Positions 29,784-39,783 of a DNA stretch of 64,000 nt are shown here, piece after piece (the stretch's first letter is position 1; every line of letters begins with the position of its first letter). The position numbers and the translations under genes were made by a program. The stretch spans positions 4,223-68,222 of the forward strand of contig JAFMDS010000003.1 in NCBI GenBank assembly GCA_017857175.1. Reading direction: 5' to 3'. The stretch comes from Candidatus Nanopelagicales bacterium. GTDB taxonomy: Bacteria > Actinomycetota > Actinomycetes > S36-B12. The notes under the pieces are model-generated. The model saw only the letters and a list, made by a program, of their open reading frames with translations. It was not told the DNA's origin and did no database searches.

Positions 29784-31097
29784 ATGGAGTCGAGATTTAA
29801 GGAGCGCATTGGCGGACCGTGGGGGCAATTAGCCGCACGTTCGTACACGCTGCTTCCCCCGATTTCTCTCCTGATTATCTTGTCGGGATTTACCTACTCA
29901 CTGGGGTACTTTCTTGACTTCTCGTGCGTGGCCGATGGATGGGCAGACCCAATGCGCTACATGCATTTGTGCTACTCCGATATCCCTGCTCTTTATGTGG
30001 AGCGCGGATTTTCCGACAACGTGATTCCATACCTGCAATCTGCAGGGAACGGTTCTTACTTGGAGTACCCGGTAATTACGGGTGCTTTCATGTTCGTGGC
30101 CGCAACAATGACTGGATTGGTGCAAGACTCATATCCCGATAGTTTCCGAGCTTTCTTCGATGTGAATGTTGTTCTGCTCTTCATCCCTTTTGTCGTAACC
30201 GTCATTGCAACGGCGTTTACAACCCAGAAATTGCGGGGTCAACCGATGCAGGCTGCCATGGTTGTTTTCGCACCCACCATGATTCTTGCGGCAACAATCA
30301 ATTGGGATTTGATTCCGATTGCACTGGTTTCTTTGGCGTTGTTGGCCTGGTCGCATGACCGATTCACTTTGACAGGTGCGTTTCTTGGACTGGCAATAGC
30401 CGCAAAGTTCTATCCGATCGTTCTGCTTATTGGATTTTTCCTTTTGGCGTGGCGTAAGCGAGAATGGAAGCCAACCAGACAACTGGTTGTTGCGACCTTC
30501 ATTGCATTTCTTGCCGTCAACATTCCCTTTGCTGTGGCCAATTTCGCAGGCTGGTCGTTCTTTTATCGATTCAATTTCGATAGAGCTGTTGATTTTGGGT
30601 CACTGTGGTTCGCGATAACTCAAATAGGCTTACCTGGAATCCCTGAAACAGCTCTTAACGTTATTGCAACTGCCTCTTTTGTTGTTCTACTTATAGGTAT
30701 TGCCTTACTGGTCAAAAAGGCACCAAACACGCCCACGATTTATCAGGTTCTCTTCCTGGTGTTAGCCGCATTTGTTGTTACCAACAAGGTTTACTCACCT
30801 CAATATGTCCTGTGGTTAGTTCCCTTGGCAGTTCTGGCGCGACCTAATTGGCGAGATTTCATAATTTGGCAGGTAGGTGAATTGAGTTACTTTGCTGCTA
30901 TCTGGTGGTTCCTCGCGGGCTACGGAGTAGAAGATTTCAAAGGTCTCACTCCGGAGTGGTATGCGGCGGCAACTTTTGTTCATATTGCCGCCACCGTTTA
31001 CTTTGCGGTGATGGTGATACGCGATATTCAGTCAAGTGTTTCAAGGAACACGGAATCAAATCGAGATGTTGTGAAGCGAACATCCGCGCTGAGTTGA
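29784..31097 (+). CDS. GT87/DUF2029 membrane glycosyltransferase (Rv0051-like)
   Basis: CYSDIPALY, LEYPV, INWDL, AAKFYP and NKVYSPQYVLWL motifs. Confidence 0.88.
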   Translation: MESRFKERIGGPWGQLAARSYTLLPPISLLIILSGFTYSLGYFLDFSCVADGWADPMRYMHLCYSDIPALYVERGFSDNVIPYLQSAGNGSYLEYPVITGAFMFVAATMTGLVQDSYPDSFRAFFDVNVVLLFIPFVVTVIATAFTTQKLRGQPMQAAMVVFAPTMILAATINWDLIPIALVSLALLAWSHDRFTLTGAFLGLAIAAKFYPIVLLIGFFLLAWRKREWKPTRQLVVATFIAFLAVNIPFAVANFAGWSFFYRFNFDRAVDFGSLWFAITQIGLPGIPETALNVIATASFVVLLIGIALLVKKAPNTPTIYQVLFLVLAAFVVTNKVYSPQYVLWLVPLAVLARPNWRDFIIWQVGELSYFAAIWWFLAGYGVEDFKGLTPEWYAAATFVHIAATVYFAVMVIRDIQSSVSRNTESNRDVVKRTSALS

Positions 31098-32185
31098 TCA
31101 CCAACGCGAGGCACAACGCTTTTCCCATTGACCCACACCATTGAAACGTGTTGGTGAGGCGGCTCAACAAACCATCGTTGTTTGCCATCAATGGTGAAAG
31201 GCGAAAGGGCACGGCCTGCAGCATCAAGAGCACCCGTACCCAGAGACACTGCTCGTTGACGCAGTGAGGTTGTGGGTGAGGGCGCGGTTAAACCAATGCC
31301 ATGCGCTGTACCCCCGGAAATAACAACGGCGGTTGCGTCCTTGGGGCCGGTGCGCTGGCGATACCCGACCCGAGTGTGTTCAGGAATGGGGTGCACGGCA
31401 AGGACAGTCCCCGTAACTCGAAGGGCAGAGCGCTCACCCAGCCACAAGCGGGTGCCCACCCGCGTGCGGATTATCAGTTCAGTGGCACTGGAGGCAATCA
31501 AAGCAAGTTCGGCATCAGTGCAGTGGGAAACCCACACGACGGGTGCAGGGGGCGAATGCCCCTCCCAGACTGCCGTCTCGGCTTGCCAGAGTCCCGCCCA
31601 ACGCATCACTTCATGGGCGTGCGCTTGATCACGGGTACCTTCTGAATTCGGGCGATCAATAGGAAGATGCAGGGATAAACCCTCGATAAAAATTCGCCCG
31701 GTTGCCATCGCCAGGCGAACACGCTCGTTGGCAAACGCACCTAATAATTCGCCTTCAGTGAATCCGAACCGCAACATGGATGTTCGGGCTTCAAGGATGA
31801 TTCGCACACCACCGGGGCCATCGAGAAGCTCTTGAAGTGCCTCGGGACTGGCTACGGTGCGAATTATGCGACCTGAGTAAAACTTCTCTCCCATTTCCCA
31901 CCACTTGGCGGCCGCTACGGTGTCCCGAGAATCAAATGGCTCCAAAACGACGATGTCGCCTTCGGTGACACTGGCGATTGATTCGATTTCAAAGACGGTT
32001 CCAACAGCGATCGTGTCTGAGCCAAGATTCATGGCCTCTGAGCCAAGAAGCTCTTGTCCGAATCCGTAGCCGTTGCCCTTGATCACGGGTACAAGCCGAT
32101 GACCTGTTGCAGTCATGATCGCCTGGGAGACGGCCTGCAGGTGTGTGCGCCACTTCTCCGCATTGATGGTTAACGTGAATGCCAC
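31028..32185 (-). CDS. Alanine racemase-like PLP fold-III protein
   Basis: VPVIKGNGYGFG (PLP lysine motif), RVGTRLWLG and VGYRQR motifs. Confidence 0.82.
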   Translation of the reverse strand: MAFTLTINAEKWRTHLQAVSQAIMTATGHRLVPVIKGNGYGFGQELLGSEAMNLGSDTIAVGTVFEIESIASVTEGDIVVLEPFDSRDTVAAAKWWEMGEKFYSGRIIRTVASPEALQELLDGPGGVRIILEARTSMLRFGFTEGELLGAFANERVRLAMATGRIFIEGLSLHLPIDRPNSEGTRDQAHAHEVMRWAGLWQAETAVWEGHSPPAPVVWVSHCTDAELALIASSATELIIRTRVGTRLWLGERSALRVTGTVLAVHPIPEHTRVGYRQRTGPKDATAVVISGGTAHGIGLTAPSPTTSLRQRAVSLGTGALDAAGRALSPFTIDGKQRWFVEPPHQHVSMVWVNGKSVVPRVGDQLSADVRFTTSRFDSVFLETLD

Positions 32186-32322
32186 TACTTCTCCCGATCA
32201 AACTTGATTGTGTTGTCAACTCGTAAACACCATAATTGCAGTAGCACGCATGTGAGCATGGAGCCTCGCCGTGAAATCGGCACCCGAAATCAGAAAATAG
32301 CGCCCCCCGTTATTCTTGGTCC

Positions 32323-32931
32323 ATGGTGCGCAGGAAAGATCCGATCCACCCAACCAGAATGCTTCTCATTGATACCACGGTCTCACTCCTTGACATCTAT
32401 TCACTCGAAGAACTGAGTGCTGAGATGGTTTTGAAATCTTCAGGCGTGTCAAAAGGATCGATGTACCACTTCTTTCCAGACTTCTCGTCACTGCTCGAAG
32501 CAGCATTCTTGCAACGCTTTTCGCGCCATGTGGAGCAGTCCATTGCTGCTATTGAATCGATTGTGGATCTAAGCAGCAACCAAGAGGAATTTTTTACCAA
32601 GCTAGAGGCTGTCACTATCGCAACACAGAGTGAGATTCGTAGGGTTCACCGATTCGAACGAGCTCGGATACTGGCGAAAGCTGAACGCAATGAGCGGTTC
32701 AAAAACGATCTCGCTTTAGTGCAGCAACATCTAACTGACTCTCTAGCCGATTGTTTTGCGCAAGCTCAGCAGCAAGGTTGGCTGAACACGAGTTTCGAAC
32801 CACGCACTGGAGCCGTTTATATTCAGGCGTACACCTTGGGAAAGATCGTTGATGATATTTCACCAACACCCATGGATCCTGATGACTGGAACGCACTCAT
32901 CATGCGCATCGCCCGTTTAGCACTGGGCTAG
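32323..32931 (+). CDS. TetR/AcrR family transcriptional regulator
   Basis: SGVSKGSMYHFFPD HTH; leaderless (TATTCT-6 nt-ATG). Confidence 0.88.
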   Translation: MVRRKDPIHPTRMLLIDTTVSLLDIYSLEELSAEMVLKSSGVSKGSMYHFFPDFSSLLEAAFLQRFSRHVEQSIAAIESIVDLSSNQEEFFTKLEAVTIATQSEIRRVHRFERARILAKAERNERFKNDLALVQQHLTDSLADCFAQAQQQGWLNTSFEPRTGAVYIQAYTLGKIVDDISPTPMDPDDWNALIMRIARLALG

Positions 32932-32945
32932 GTCAAAACTTCGCG

Positions 32946-34052
32946 TTATCGCTTTTGGTACCACTTAAATGCTCGTGTCCAAACTTTTCTAATGTCAAAA
33001 TCCCATTCACCGACATATTCTTGAACATAACCACCTGAGCCGAGTTTGAAATTAATGAGCCCAAATAGGTGGTTGTCAGGATCAAGGGTGTTAGAGATTC
33101 CACGTAGGTCGTAGGTATCACAACCTAATTCTCTTGCAGTTTCAATCATGTTCCACTGCAATGCATTTGATGGGCGAGCATCTCTATCTGCTGTCGTGCT
33201 GGCGCCGTAGGAATACCAGGCATGCTTATTAACCGTAACCATGATTGTTGCTGCGGCAACATGTCCTTCATACTCAGCAACGTGCAATGTGAGGTGTTCA
33301 CCGAGTGCATCCCACATGCGTTCAAAGTAGATAAGTCCCCGTGGAGTAAACCCATCACGCTGCGCCGTTTCAACATAGACAGAATGAAAAGCGGGTAGGT
33401 CGGAGCGCGTTCCTAAGCGAACCACGACACCGGACTTTTCAGCTTTGCGAATATTGCGTCGCCACTGCTGATTGAATCCAGCCAAAATATCTTTGGAGCT
33501 CCTATCAGCGAGTGGCACCTGAAAGACGAAGCGAGGTTGAACGTCGCCAAAACCTGCACCATCAGAGGCCTCCTGACTCCAGCCCATTTTCTTCAACTCG
33601 TTAACAACTCTTGATGCAGTTTCGAAGGTGCGATCTGGCTCTATTTCACTGATCAATCCAACGTGAACGTTGGCGATCGCCTCCTTGACCGTGTCGGTAT
33701 CCCATTGAGCGACCACCACCGGCGGTCCAATTTTCAGTTGGAAGGCACCACGAGATTTAACATGAGACACCAACGGTTTTAGCCACGACTCAAGGTTTTC
33801 AGATGACCAGTCGATTGCAGGGCCTTCAGGAATATATGCCAGCGATCTCTGAGGCAACCTGGGTACGGATCGATAGAGAACCAAAGCAACACCGACCAGT
33901 GTGGAGTTACGAAACCATCCAATTGATTCTGGTTTCCAACCAACTTTCACCTCACCCCATTGAGGTAATTGCAAAAATGATACGTGGCCATCAGCGGATT
34001 GAATGAAGTCCTCGTGGGTTTGCGAGCAGATAGCCCGAACAACCAGACTCAT
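32946..34052 (-). CDS. femX: FemABX family lipid II aminoacyltransferase
   Basis: SFLQLPQWG, LAYIPEGP, QPRFVFQVPL, FNQQWRRNIRKA, WYSYGAS, YDLRGI and FKLGSGG motifs. Confidence 0.92.
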   Translation of the reverse strand: MSLVVRAICSQTHEDFIQSADGHVSFLQLPQWGEVKVGWKPESIGWFRNSTLVGVALVLYRSVPRLPQRSLAYIPEGPAIDWSSENLESWLKPLVSHVKSRGAFQLKIGPPVVVAQWDTDTVKEAIANVHVGLISEIEPDRTFETASRVVNELKKMGWSQEASDGAGFGDVQPRFVFQVPLADRSSKDILAGFNQQWRRNIRKAEKSGVVVRLGTRSDLPAFHSVYVETAQRDGFTPRGLIYFERMWDALGEHLTLHVAEYEGHVAAATIMVTVNKHAWYSYGASTTADRDARPSNALQWNMIETARELGCDTYDLRGISNTLDPDNHLFGLINFKLGSGGYVQEYVGEWDFDIRKVWTRAFKWYQKR

Positions 34053-34828
34053 GAAATATCAACCACAACAGGCGCATGATCTGATGCACCCTTGCCCTTA
34101 CGTGCATCGCGATCGATATATGCATCAGTGACCCTGGATGTGAAGGCGCTATTTCCATAAATCAAGTCAATGCGCATTCCCCAACCTCGGTGAAATGAAC
34201 CATTGCGATAGTCCCAAAATGTAAATGGCTCCCCTTTGAGCGATCGAGGCATCACCTCACTCAAACCGAGTTCCTCCAGTTCCGTGAGCGCCGCTCGCTC
34301 GGCGGCCGTGACATGGGTGGAATCAATAAACTGAGAAATATCCCAGACATCAGCATCGGTGGGAGCAATGTTGTAGTCGCCGATTGCGGCAAATGGTTGA
34401 TCTGGATTAGCGGCCAACTCAGACTGGACTGTTGCGTTCAGTGCTTTGAACCATTCCAATTTGTAGTTGTAGTGCTCATGCCCTGGTTCACGACCATTCG
34501 GGCAGTACAAGCTCCACACTCGAACACCGCCACAGGTCGCGCCTATTGCGCGCGGTTCGGCAGCACCGTCAAAGTCTGGTTGTCCCACCAGCCCGCGGGT
34601 GACATCAGTAATGCCGACGCGACTGAGAATCGCAACACCATTCCATCGCCCCGTTCCGAGCGTTACTGCCTCGTAACCAGCCGCCTGAATGGGAAGGTGC
34701 GGAAAGGCATCATCGGTGCATTTCAATTCCTGTAGTGCGACAACATCTGGCTTGGCACTTTCGAGCCACTCGACCACGCGATCAATCCGGGCACCGACCG
34801 AGTTCACGTTCCAGGTAGCAATTCGCAC
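34049..34828 (-). CDS. xth: Exodeoxyribonuclease III
   Basis: ATWNVNS, LQELK, PNG, GDYNIAP, RID and SDHAP motifs. Confidence 0.95.
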   Translation of the reverse strand: MRIATWNVNSVGARIDRVVEWLESAKPDVVALQELKCTDDAFPHLPIQAAGYEAVTLGTGRWNGVAILSRVGITDVTRGLVGQPDFDGAAEPRAIGATCGGVRVWSLYCPNGREPGHEHYNYKLEWFKALNATVQSELAANPDQPFAAIGDYNIAPTDADVWDISQFIDSTHVTAAERAALTELEELGLSEVMPRSLKGEPFTFWDYRNGSFHRGWGMRIDLIYGNSAFTSRVTDAYIDRDARKGKGASDHAPVVVDIS

Positions 34829-34876
34829 GTATGAAGTCTATTCCCCAGCCCCGTCGGACTGAGATTGTTGCGAATT

Positions 34877-35335
34877 TCAATGTTGGGCGACGGCTGATTC
34901 GAGATCAGCAACAATAATTTTCTGCATACCCATCATTGCTTCCATTGCCCGCCCGGCTTTTTCGGGATCGGGGTTGCCCAGGCATTCACCGAGCTGCTTT
35001 GGAATGATTTGCCAGGAGACACCAAATTTGTCTTTCAGCCAACCACATTGGCTCGCAGTTCCGCCAGCATTAATAAATGCTTCCCAGAATCTATCCACTT
35101 CTTCTTGCCCATCGCAATCCAAAAATATTGAGAAAGCTTCAGAGTGACTGAACTGGGGGCCACCGTTGAGGGCGATATATTTTTGATTCAATATTTCAAA
35201 ATCGACAGTGAAAACCTCTCCACCGGGTCCATGTGAAACGTTATTAATTCGACCATCACCCAGAACGCGAATATAGTGCTGGGCAGCGTCTTCGGCCTGG
35301 GAGTCAAACCACAGCATGTGCCTAATCGATGTCAT
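34877..35335 (-). CDS. VOC family protein (PhnB / 3-demethylubiquinone-9 methyltransferase-like)
   Basis: LWFDSQAEDAA, ALNGGP and CGWLKDKFGVSWQI motifs. Confidence 0.92.
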   Translation of the reverse strand: MTSIRHMLWFDSQAEDAAQHYIRVLGDGRINNVSHGPGGEVFTVDFEILNQKYIALNGGPQFSHSEAFSIFLDCDGQEEVDRFWEAFINAGGTASQCGWLKDKFGVSWQIIPKQLGECLGNPDPEKAGRAMEAMMGMQKIIVADLESAVAQH

Positions 35336-35446
35336 GGCTCAGAGAGTATCCCTCGATGCGGTTATCTGATGGTTGACGGGATCTCTTAGCAATGATGGGG
35401 GCAGCGTCGAGAAATCTATGCTCACAAGGTAGCCTGTGAGGGCTGA

Positions 35447-35499
35447 AACCCTCCTGTCACGGAAAGGCCGTGACCGTTTAGTCCGAAGGAGGTGGGTTA
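35447..35499 (+). ncRNA. Putative S6:S18 ribosomal protein leader (cis-regulatory RNA)
   Basis: ACCCTCCT can pair with the SD region AGGAGGTGGGT and encloses the hairpin GTCACGG-AAAGG-CCGTGAC followed by CG; immediately upstream of rpsF. Confidence 0.7.
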
Positions 35500-35503
35500 A
35501 TTC

Positions 35504-35812
35504 ATGCGTAAATATGAAGTCATGGTCATTCTTGATCCTGAACTCGATGAAAAAACAATTGCCCCCAGCCTCGATGCATTCCTGAATGTCATCAAGGCCG
35601 ATGGTGGATCTGTTGAGAAAGTTGATTTATGGGGCAAGCGTCGCTTCGCCTATGAAATCAACCACAAAGGCGAGGGCTACTACGCGGTCATTGAACTGAC
35701 CTCAACACCTGCTGCTGTTGCTGAACTCGACCGTCAACTTTCTCTCAATGAGGCTGTCATGCGCACCAAGGTGTTGCGACCAAATTGGAGTGTCGCGGAG
35801 AAGGCTAGCTAG
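35504..35812 (+). CDS. rpsF: 30S ribosomal protein S6
   Basis: [12 protein letters not shown]...[10 protein letters not shown]. Confidence 0.98.
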   Translation: MRKYEVMVILDPELDEKTIAPSLDAFLNVIKADGGSVEKVDLWGKRRFAYEINHKGEGYYAVIELTSTPAAVAELDRQLSLNEAVMRTKVLRPNWSVAEKAS

Positions 35813-36288
35813 TGGCCGCCGGGGATATCACTGTGACGGTTGTTGGTAACTTAACCAACGATCCTGAACTGCGTTTCACCCCGAGTGGTGCTGCTGTTGC
35901 TTCTTTCACCGTTGCTTCAAGTTCACGTTACTTGGACAAAACCACCAATGAGTGGAAAGACGGTGAACCCACTTACCTGCGATGCAGTGTGTGGCGTCAA
36001 TATGCTGAAAACGTTGCTGAGTCCCTGACAAAAGGAACTCGCGTCATCGTTTCTGGCAAGTTGAAGCAGCGTTCCTACGAAACCCGCGAGGGCGAGAAGC
36101 GAACGGTAATGGAAATCGAAGTTGAAGATGTTGGCCCCGCATTGCGCTATGCAACCGCGAAGGTCAATCGTGTTCAGCGCTCTGATGGTGGCTTCAATGC
36201 AAGTGGACCTGCAGGTGGCTCTGCGCCAGCTGACGATCCGTGGGCAACTGGTGCACCAGCAGCAAACTTCGATGAACCCCCATTCTAA
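35812..36288 (+). CDS. ssb: Single-stranded DNA-binding protein
   Basis: [16 protein letters not shown] and C-terminal DEPPF. Confidence 0.98.
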   Translation: MAAGDITVTVVGNLTNDPELRFTPSGAAVASFTVASSSRYLDKTTNEWKDGEPTYLRCSVWRQYAENVAESLTKGTRVIVSGKLKQRSYETREGEKRTVMEIEVEDVGPALRYATAKVNRVQRSDGGFNASGPAGGSAPADDPWATGAPAANFDEPPF

Positions 36289-36337
36289 TCGAGATTCAAC
36301 AAATCTAATTTTCAACACGTATATATAGGAGTCAAAA

Positions 36338-36598
36338 ATGGCACGCGATAACAAGCGCCAACCAGCGCGCGATGCGCAGAAGATGGTTAAGGCTAAGGCC
36401 TGCGCATTCTGCAAAAAAGACGTTAAAGGTCTGGACTACAAAGACGTGAACTTGCTGCGCAAGTTCATTTCAGACCGAGGCAAGATTCGTGCACGTCGGG
36501 TTACAGGTAACTGCACCCAGCACCAGCGCGATGTTGCTATGGCCGTGAAGAATGCCCGTGAAATGGCTCTTCTTCCCTACTCAGCTGCCACACGCTAA
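36338..36598 (+). CDS. rpsR: 30S ribosomal protein S18 (zinc-binding C+ form)
   Basis: CAFC...[28 protein letters not shown]. Confidence 0.98.
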   Translation: MARDNKRQPARDAQKMVKAKACAFCKKDVKGLDYKDVNLLRKFISDRGKIRARRVTGNCTQHQRDVAMAVKNAREMALLPYSAATR

Positions 36599-36612
36599 GA
36601 AAGGGACTAGAC

Positions 36613-37059
36613 ATGAAACTCATTCTCACGCAAGAAGTTAATGGCCTTGGTATCCCAGGCGACATCGTCGAAGTCAAAGACGGCTACGGCCGTAACTTCC
36701 TTCTCCCACGTGGCTTTGCAATTGCATGGACCCGCGGTGGCGAGAAGCAGGTGACTTCGATCAAGCGCGCTCAGAAGGTGCGCGAGGTTCGGGACCGCGA
36801 TCACGCCAATGAAATTAAGCAGGCTCTCGAGTCCATGACAATCGTGGTACCGGTCAAAGCTGGGGAAACCGGAAAACTCTTTGGATCGGTGACTGCAGCT
36901 GACGTTGCATTTGCGGTCCAGACATCCGGCGGCATTGCAATTGACAAGCGCAAGGTGACATTGTCCAAGGCAATCAAGACTGTGGGCAAGCACAATGCCA
37001 CCGTCGAGGTGCACCCTGGAGTCACCGCGAAGGTTTCCTTCGAGGTTTCAGCCAGTTAA
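36613..37059 (+). CDS. rplI: 50S ribosomal protein L9
   Basis: MKLILTQEV..LG..GDIVEVKDGYGRNFLLP and GKLFGSVT. Confidence 0.98.
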   Translation: MKLILTQEVNGLGIPGDIVEVKDGYGRNFLLPRGFAIAWTRGGEKQVTSIKRAQKVREVRDRDHANEIKQALESMTIVVPVKAGETGKLFGSVTAADVAFAVQTSGGIAIDKRKVTLSKAIKTVGKHNATVEVHPGVTAKVSFEVSAS

Positions 37060-37074
37060 TCGCATCCAAATGTT

Positions 37075-37109
37075 GAAGTGGGGCGGCCCTTATTGGCCGT
37101 CCCACTTTC
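37075..37109 (+). terminator. Intrinsic terminator after rplI
   Basis: AAGTGGGGCGGCC-loop-GGCCGTCCCACTT hairpin followed by TCATTT. Confidence 0.75.
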
Positions 37110-37140
37110 ATTTGCTCGGAAACTTCGCAATACTTTTCCC

Positions 37141-38172
37141 ATGACGTCGCAATCTTTTGAAAACAACACAGCGACGGAAACTGAGCTTTACATCCGCTTT
37201 CTTGAAGCACATGAGGCTGAAGTATTGGTCGAACTTATCCGTGAGTCTTATGGCGATACTTATGACGCGGAGTGGGTTTATCAACCTGAGCAAATTGCAC
37301 ACCGCATAAGCACGAACACACTGCGCAGCGCGATCGGTCACTTGGCTGACGGAACCATTCTCGGCCACATGGCTTTAATGGTGGAGGAAACAACCGAACG
37401 GGTGATGCATGCGGGTGTGGCCGTGGTTCGAGATGCCGCTCGCGGTCACCATGTCTTTGAAAAACTTAAGCGCTTTGCCGCCCAGTGGGCCACGGAAGCT
37501 GGATATCTAGGGATATTTAGCGAGGCAACTTCAGCTCACCCCTATTCACAAAAGGCAAACATCGCTCTCGGTGCCCATGAAACTGGATTCCTGCTCGGGT
37601 GGATTCCGTCAACGGTGAGCAATAATGCGGCGATCGATCCTGATGCCCACAGACAATCCGTTGCACTGTTCTATCTGAAACTTAATAATGGCGATAACCG
37701 ACCCATGTTTGTGCCAAAAAAGCATCAGACAATTGTGCAGTCCATCCTGGAGACTTCTGGCCTACATGGGGAAATAGTTCAGGCTGCATCTGAAATAAAA
37801 ATTCCCAATGAATCAATCCTTTTCGTTGAAGAAAAAGATGATCACAACTCAGCAGTCATCCATGTTGAGATACCCGGTAACGATCTCGCTCAAGTGGTCA
37901 ATCAGATTCGCATCGAACAGATTGATGTTAAAGATCGAGATGCGGTGTATCTCGACATGCCTTTACAAGTACCCAATACGCAAATTGTCTTAGAACTCCA
38001 GGATCCCGAACTGCCATTTAGTTTCGCTGGAATATTTCCCAACCGAAGCCGCAATGGTGATGTCCTGCGACTGCAATCATTTGGCCTCGTTGACCTCCAC
38101 ACGGCAGATATTGTTACGGCATCAGATCACGGGAAACAAATGTTGGACTATGTTTTAAATGATTTGCGGTAG
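37141..38172 (+). CDS. GNAT-fold hypothetical protein
   Basis: AVVRDAARGHHVF (acetyl-CoA-binding-like motif) and HPYSQK; start placed at MTSQ (37141). Confidence 0.7.
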   Translation: MTSQSFENNTATETELYIRFLEAHEAEVLVELIRESYGDTYDAEWVYQPEQIAHRISTNTLRSAIGHLADGTILGHMALMVEETTERVMHAGVAVVRDAARGHHVFEKLKRFAAQWATEAGYLGIFSEATSAHPYSQKANIALGAHETGFLLGWIPSTVSNNAAIDPDAHRQSVALFYLKLNNGDNRPMFVPKKHQTIVQSILETSGLHGEIVQAASEIKIPNESILFVEEKDDHNSAVIHVEIPGNDLAQVVNQIRIEQIDVKDRDAVYLDMPLQVPNTQIVLELQDPELPFSFAGIFPNRSRNGDVLRLQSFGLVDLHTADIVTASDHGKQMLDYVLNDLR

Positions 38173-38180
38173 ATCATGAA

Positions 38181-38211
38181 AGTGGGCGGACATAAATGCT
38201 GCCCGCCCACT
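38181..38211. terminator. Bidirectional hairpin between convergent genes
   Basis: AGTGGGCGG...CCGCCCACT. Confidence 0.7.
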
Positions 38212-38227
38212 CACATAATGATGAAAT

Positions 38228-38578
38228 CTAGATAACCGGCGGACCATACTTATTGTCACCGGGTGTTCCTTTTGTTGCCCAGAAGACGATCAACACAATT
38301 TGACCGACAAGGGGAATCAATCCGATGAGTAACCACCATGCTGAATGATCAGCGTCGTGCAATCGGCGGAAATAGAGACCGAATAGAGGGAGAAAGATTG
38401 CAAGGGTCCAGATCAAGGTGATGTAGGTGCCACCGTCCATCGAACTGGTGAGCAAAGAAATTATGAAGCCGACAACGTAGGTGAAAAGCACAAACCACCA
38501 GAACTCCGAGCGGCTCGCTCTGCCATTGAATTTGACGTAATTGGAAAATCCGGACTTGATTGCTTCACCGAAAGACAT
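38228..38578 (-). CDS. DUF805 (YhaH-like) membrane protein
   Basis: FNGRASRSEFWWF, RRLHD and GTPGDNKYGP motifs. Confidence 0.95.
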   Translation of the reverse strand: MSFGEAIKSGFSNYVKFNGRASRSEFWWFVLFTYVVGFIISLLTSSMDGGTYITLIWTLAIFLPLFGLYFRRLHDADHSAWWLLIGLIPLVGQIVLIVFWATKGTPGDNKYGPPVI

Positions 38579-38674
38579 TTTTCTCCTCTATTGATTAGTG
38601 TCATGTCGCCTTTTCTCGTTTAGGCTATCGAATAGAGCCTCTGAGGCGAAGGCCATTCGACAATATGCGATTAC

Positions 38675-38911
38675 TTGCCCGTGCGTATTTTTGTCCCTTT
38701 CGTTGCATCTGGCGCACTCCTTCTGTCAGAGGTCAGAGGTCAGAGGTATGTGTCGTGCACGCTCTACGGGACATGGACGCCGCAAAGCCCTGGCTCTATC
38801 GATGCCTCAATTATTGGGACCGATGAGGCGAATCCCTCGTGGGCATATCAAGGCGCCTCACTTGATGCGCCGACTGAAGCAACACTAAATTCACTCGCGG
38901 CACGAGTCTGA
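38675..38911 (+). pseudogene. Possible remnant of an exported-protein gene containing a 7-bp tandem repeat
   Basis: Signal-peptide-like VRIFVPFVASGALLLS followed directly by (GTCAGAG)x3 at 38725-38745; short ORF. Confidence 0.3.
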
Positions 38912-39012
38912 CTGGATGGTCAATCCAACAGAAATAGCGACAAATAGGACATAGTTATGTTTATGACTGCACCCGCATGGGTGACGGAGGACATCAAGAA
39001 AGGTGTAACCCC

Positions 39013-39735
39013 ATGAGTGGTTTCAACATCGCTGAAGTACTAGACGAGGCTTGGAGCCTCACAAAGCGCCAATATTGGCATTGGCTGTTAGTGATTGTCG
39101 TGGCAATCGCAATCCCAGTTGCAATCATTGTGGTGGGGGTACTTGCTGCAATTGCGGTTCCCGCACTCGGTGGAATAGTTATTTTGATTGGCATCCTTGG
39201 CTTTTTCTACACCTTCTTGGGTTTACTCCGAAATGCGTATAACTCAAGTGAAGGAGCCAAGCCATCAGTCGGAGTGCTCTTGCGTTCAGACCGCTATTGG
39301 TGGTTTCTGGTAGGTGGCGCGATTTACATCGGCATTGTGGTCATTGGCCTTTTTGCTCTGATCATTCCAGGACTCATCTTTGGCTTTATGTTCGCATTAT
39401 TCCCATTTGCACTCATTGGTCGTCCCGGAACTACAGGAATTGGCGCGCTAGCTCATAGCTGGGAACTGATCACCACTGCGTTCTGGCGATACATAGGCTT
39501 GCGTGTTGTTCTCTTTGGAACGACTGTTGCACTTGCCGTTGTTGGAGCCGTTGTTCAAGGGGTGTTCAGTGCCGTCGCGGGAGATAGCGACATCGGTGCA
39601 ATCACTGCAATTCTCTTGGTGGTTGGTGCTGTAATCGCGATATTCATCAATGTCTTCATTGCAGCTTTTACCTATCTTGCTGATGCGCTGGCTTACCGTC
39701 GACTTGCCGGTGATGGAGAAGTCATTCGTCCGTAA
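39013..39735 (+). CDS. Hypothetical integral membrane protein
   Basis: About 6 TM segments; GLFALIIPG and ALAHSWELI patterns; start at MSGF after GAAAGG. Confidence 0.8.
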   Translation: MSGFNIAEVLDEAWSLTKRQYWHWLLVIVVAIAIPVAIIVVGVLAAIAVPALGGIVILIGILGFFYTFLGLLRNAYNSSEGAKPSVGVLLRSDRYWWFLVGGAIYIGIVVIGLFALIIPGLIFGFMFALFPFALIGRPGTTGIGALAHSWELITTAFWRYIGLRVVLFGTTVALAVVGAVVQGVFSAVAGDSDIGAITAILLVVGAVIAIFINVFIAAFTYLADALAYRRLAGDGEVIRP

Positions 39736-39751
39736 AGTTTGAAATAGTGAG

Positions 39752-39783
39752 CCCGGGGCTGGAGAACATCCACCCCGGGTTTT
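39752..39783. terminator. Hairpin terminator between convergent genes
   Basis: CCCGGGG...CCCCGGG followed by TTTT. Confidence 0.65.
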
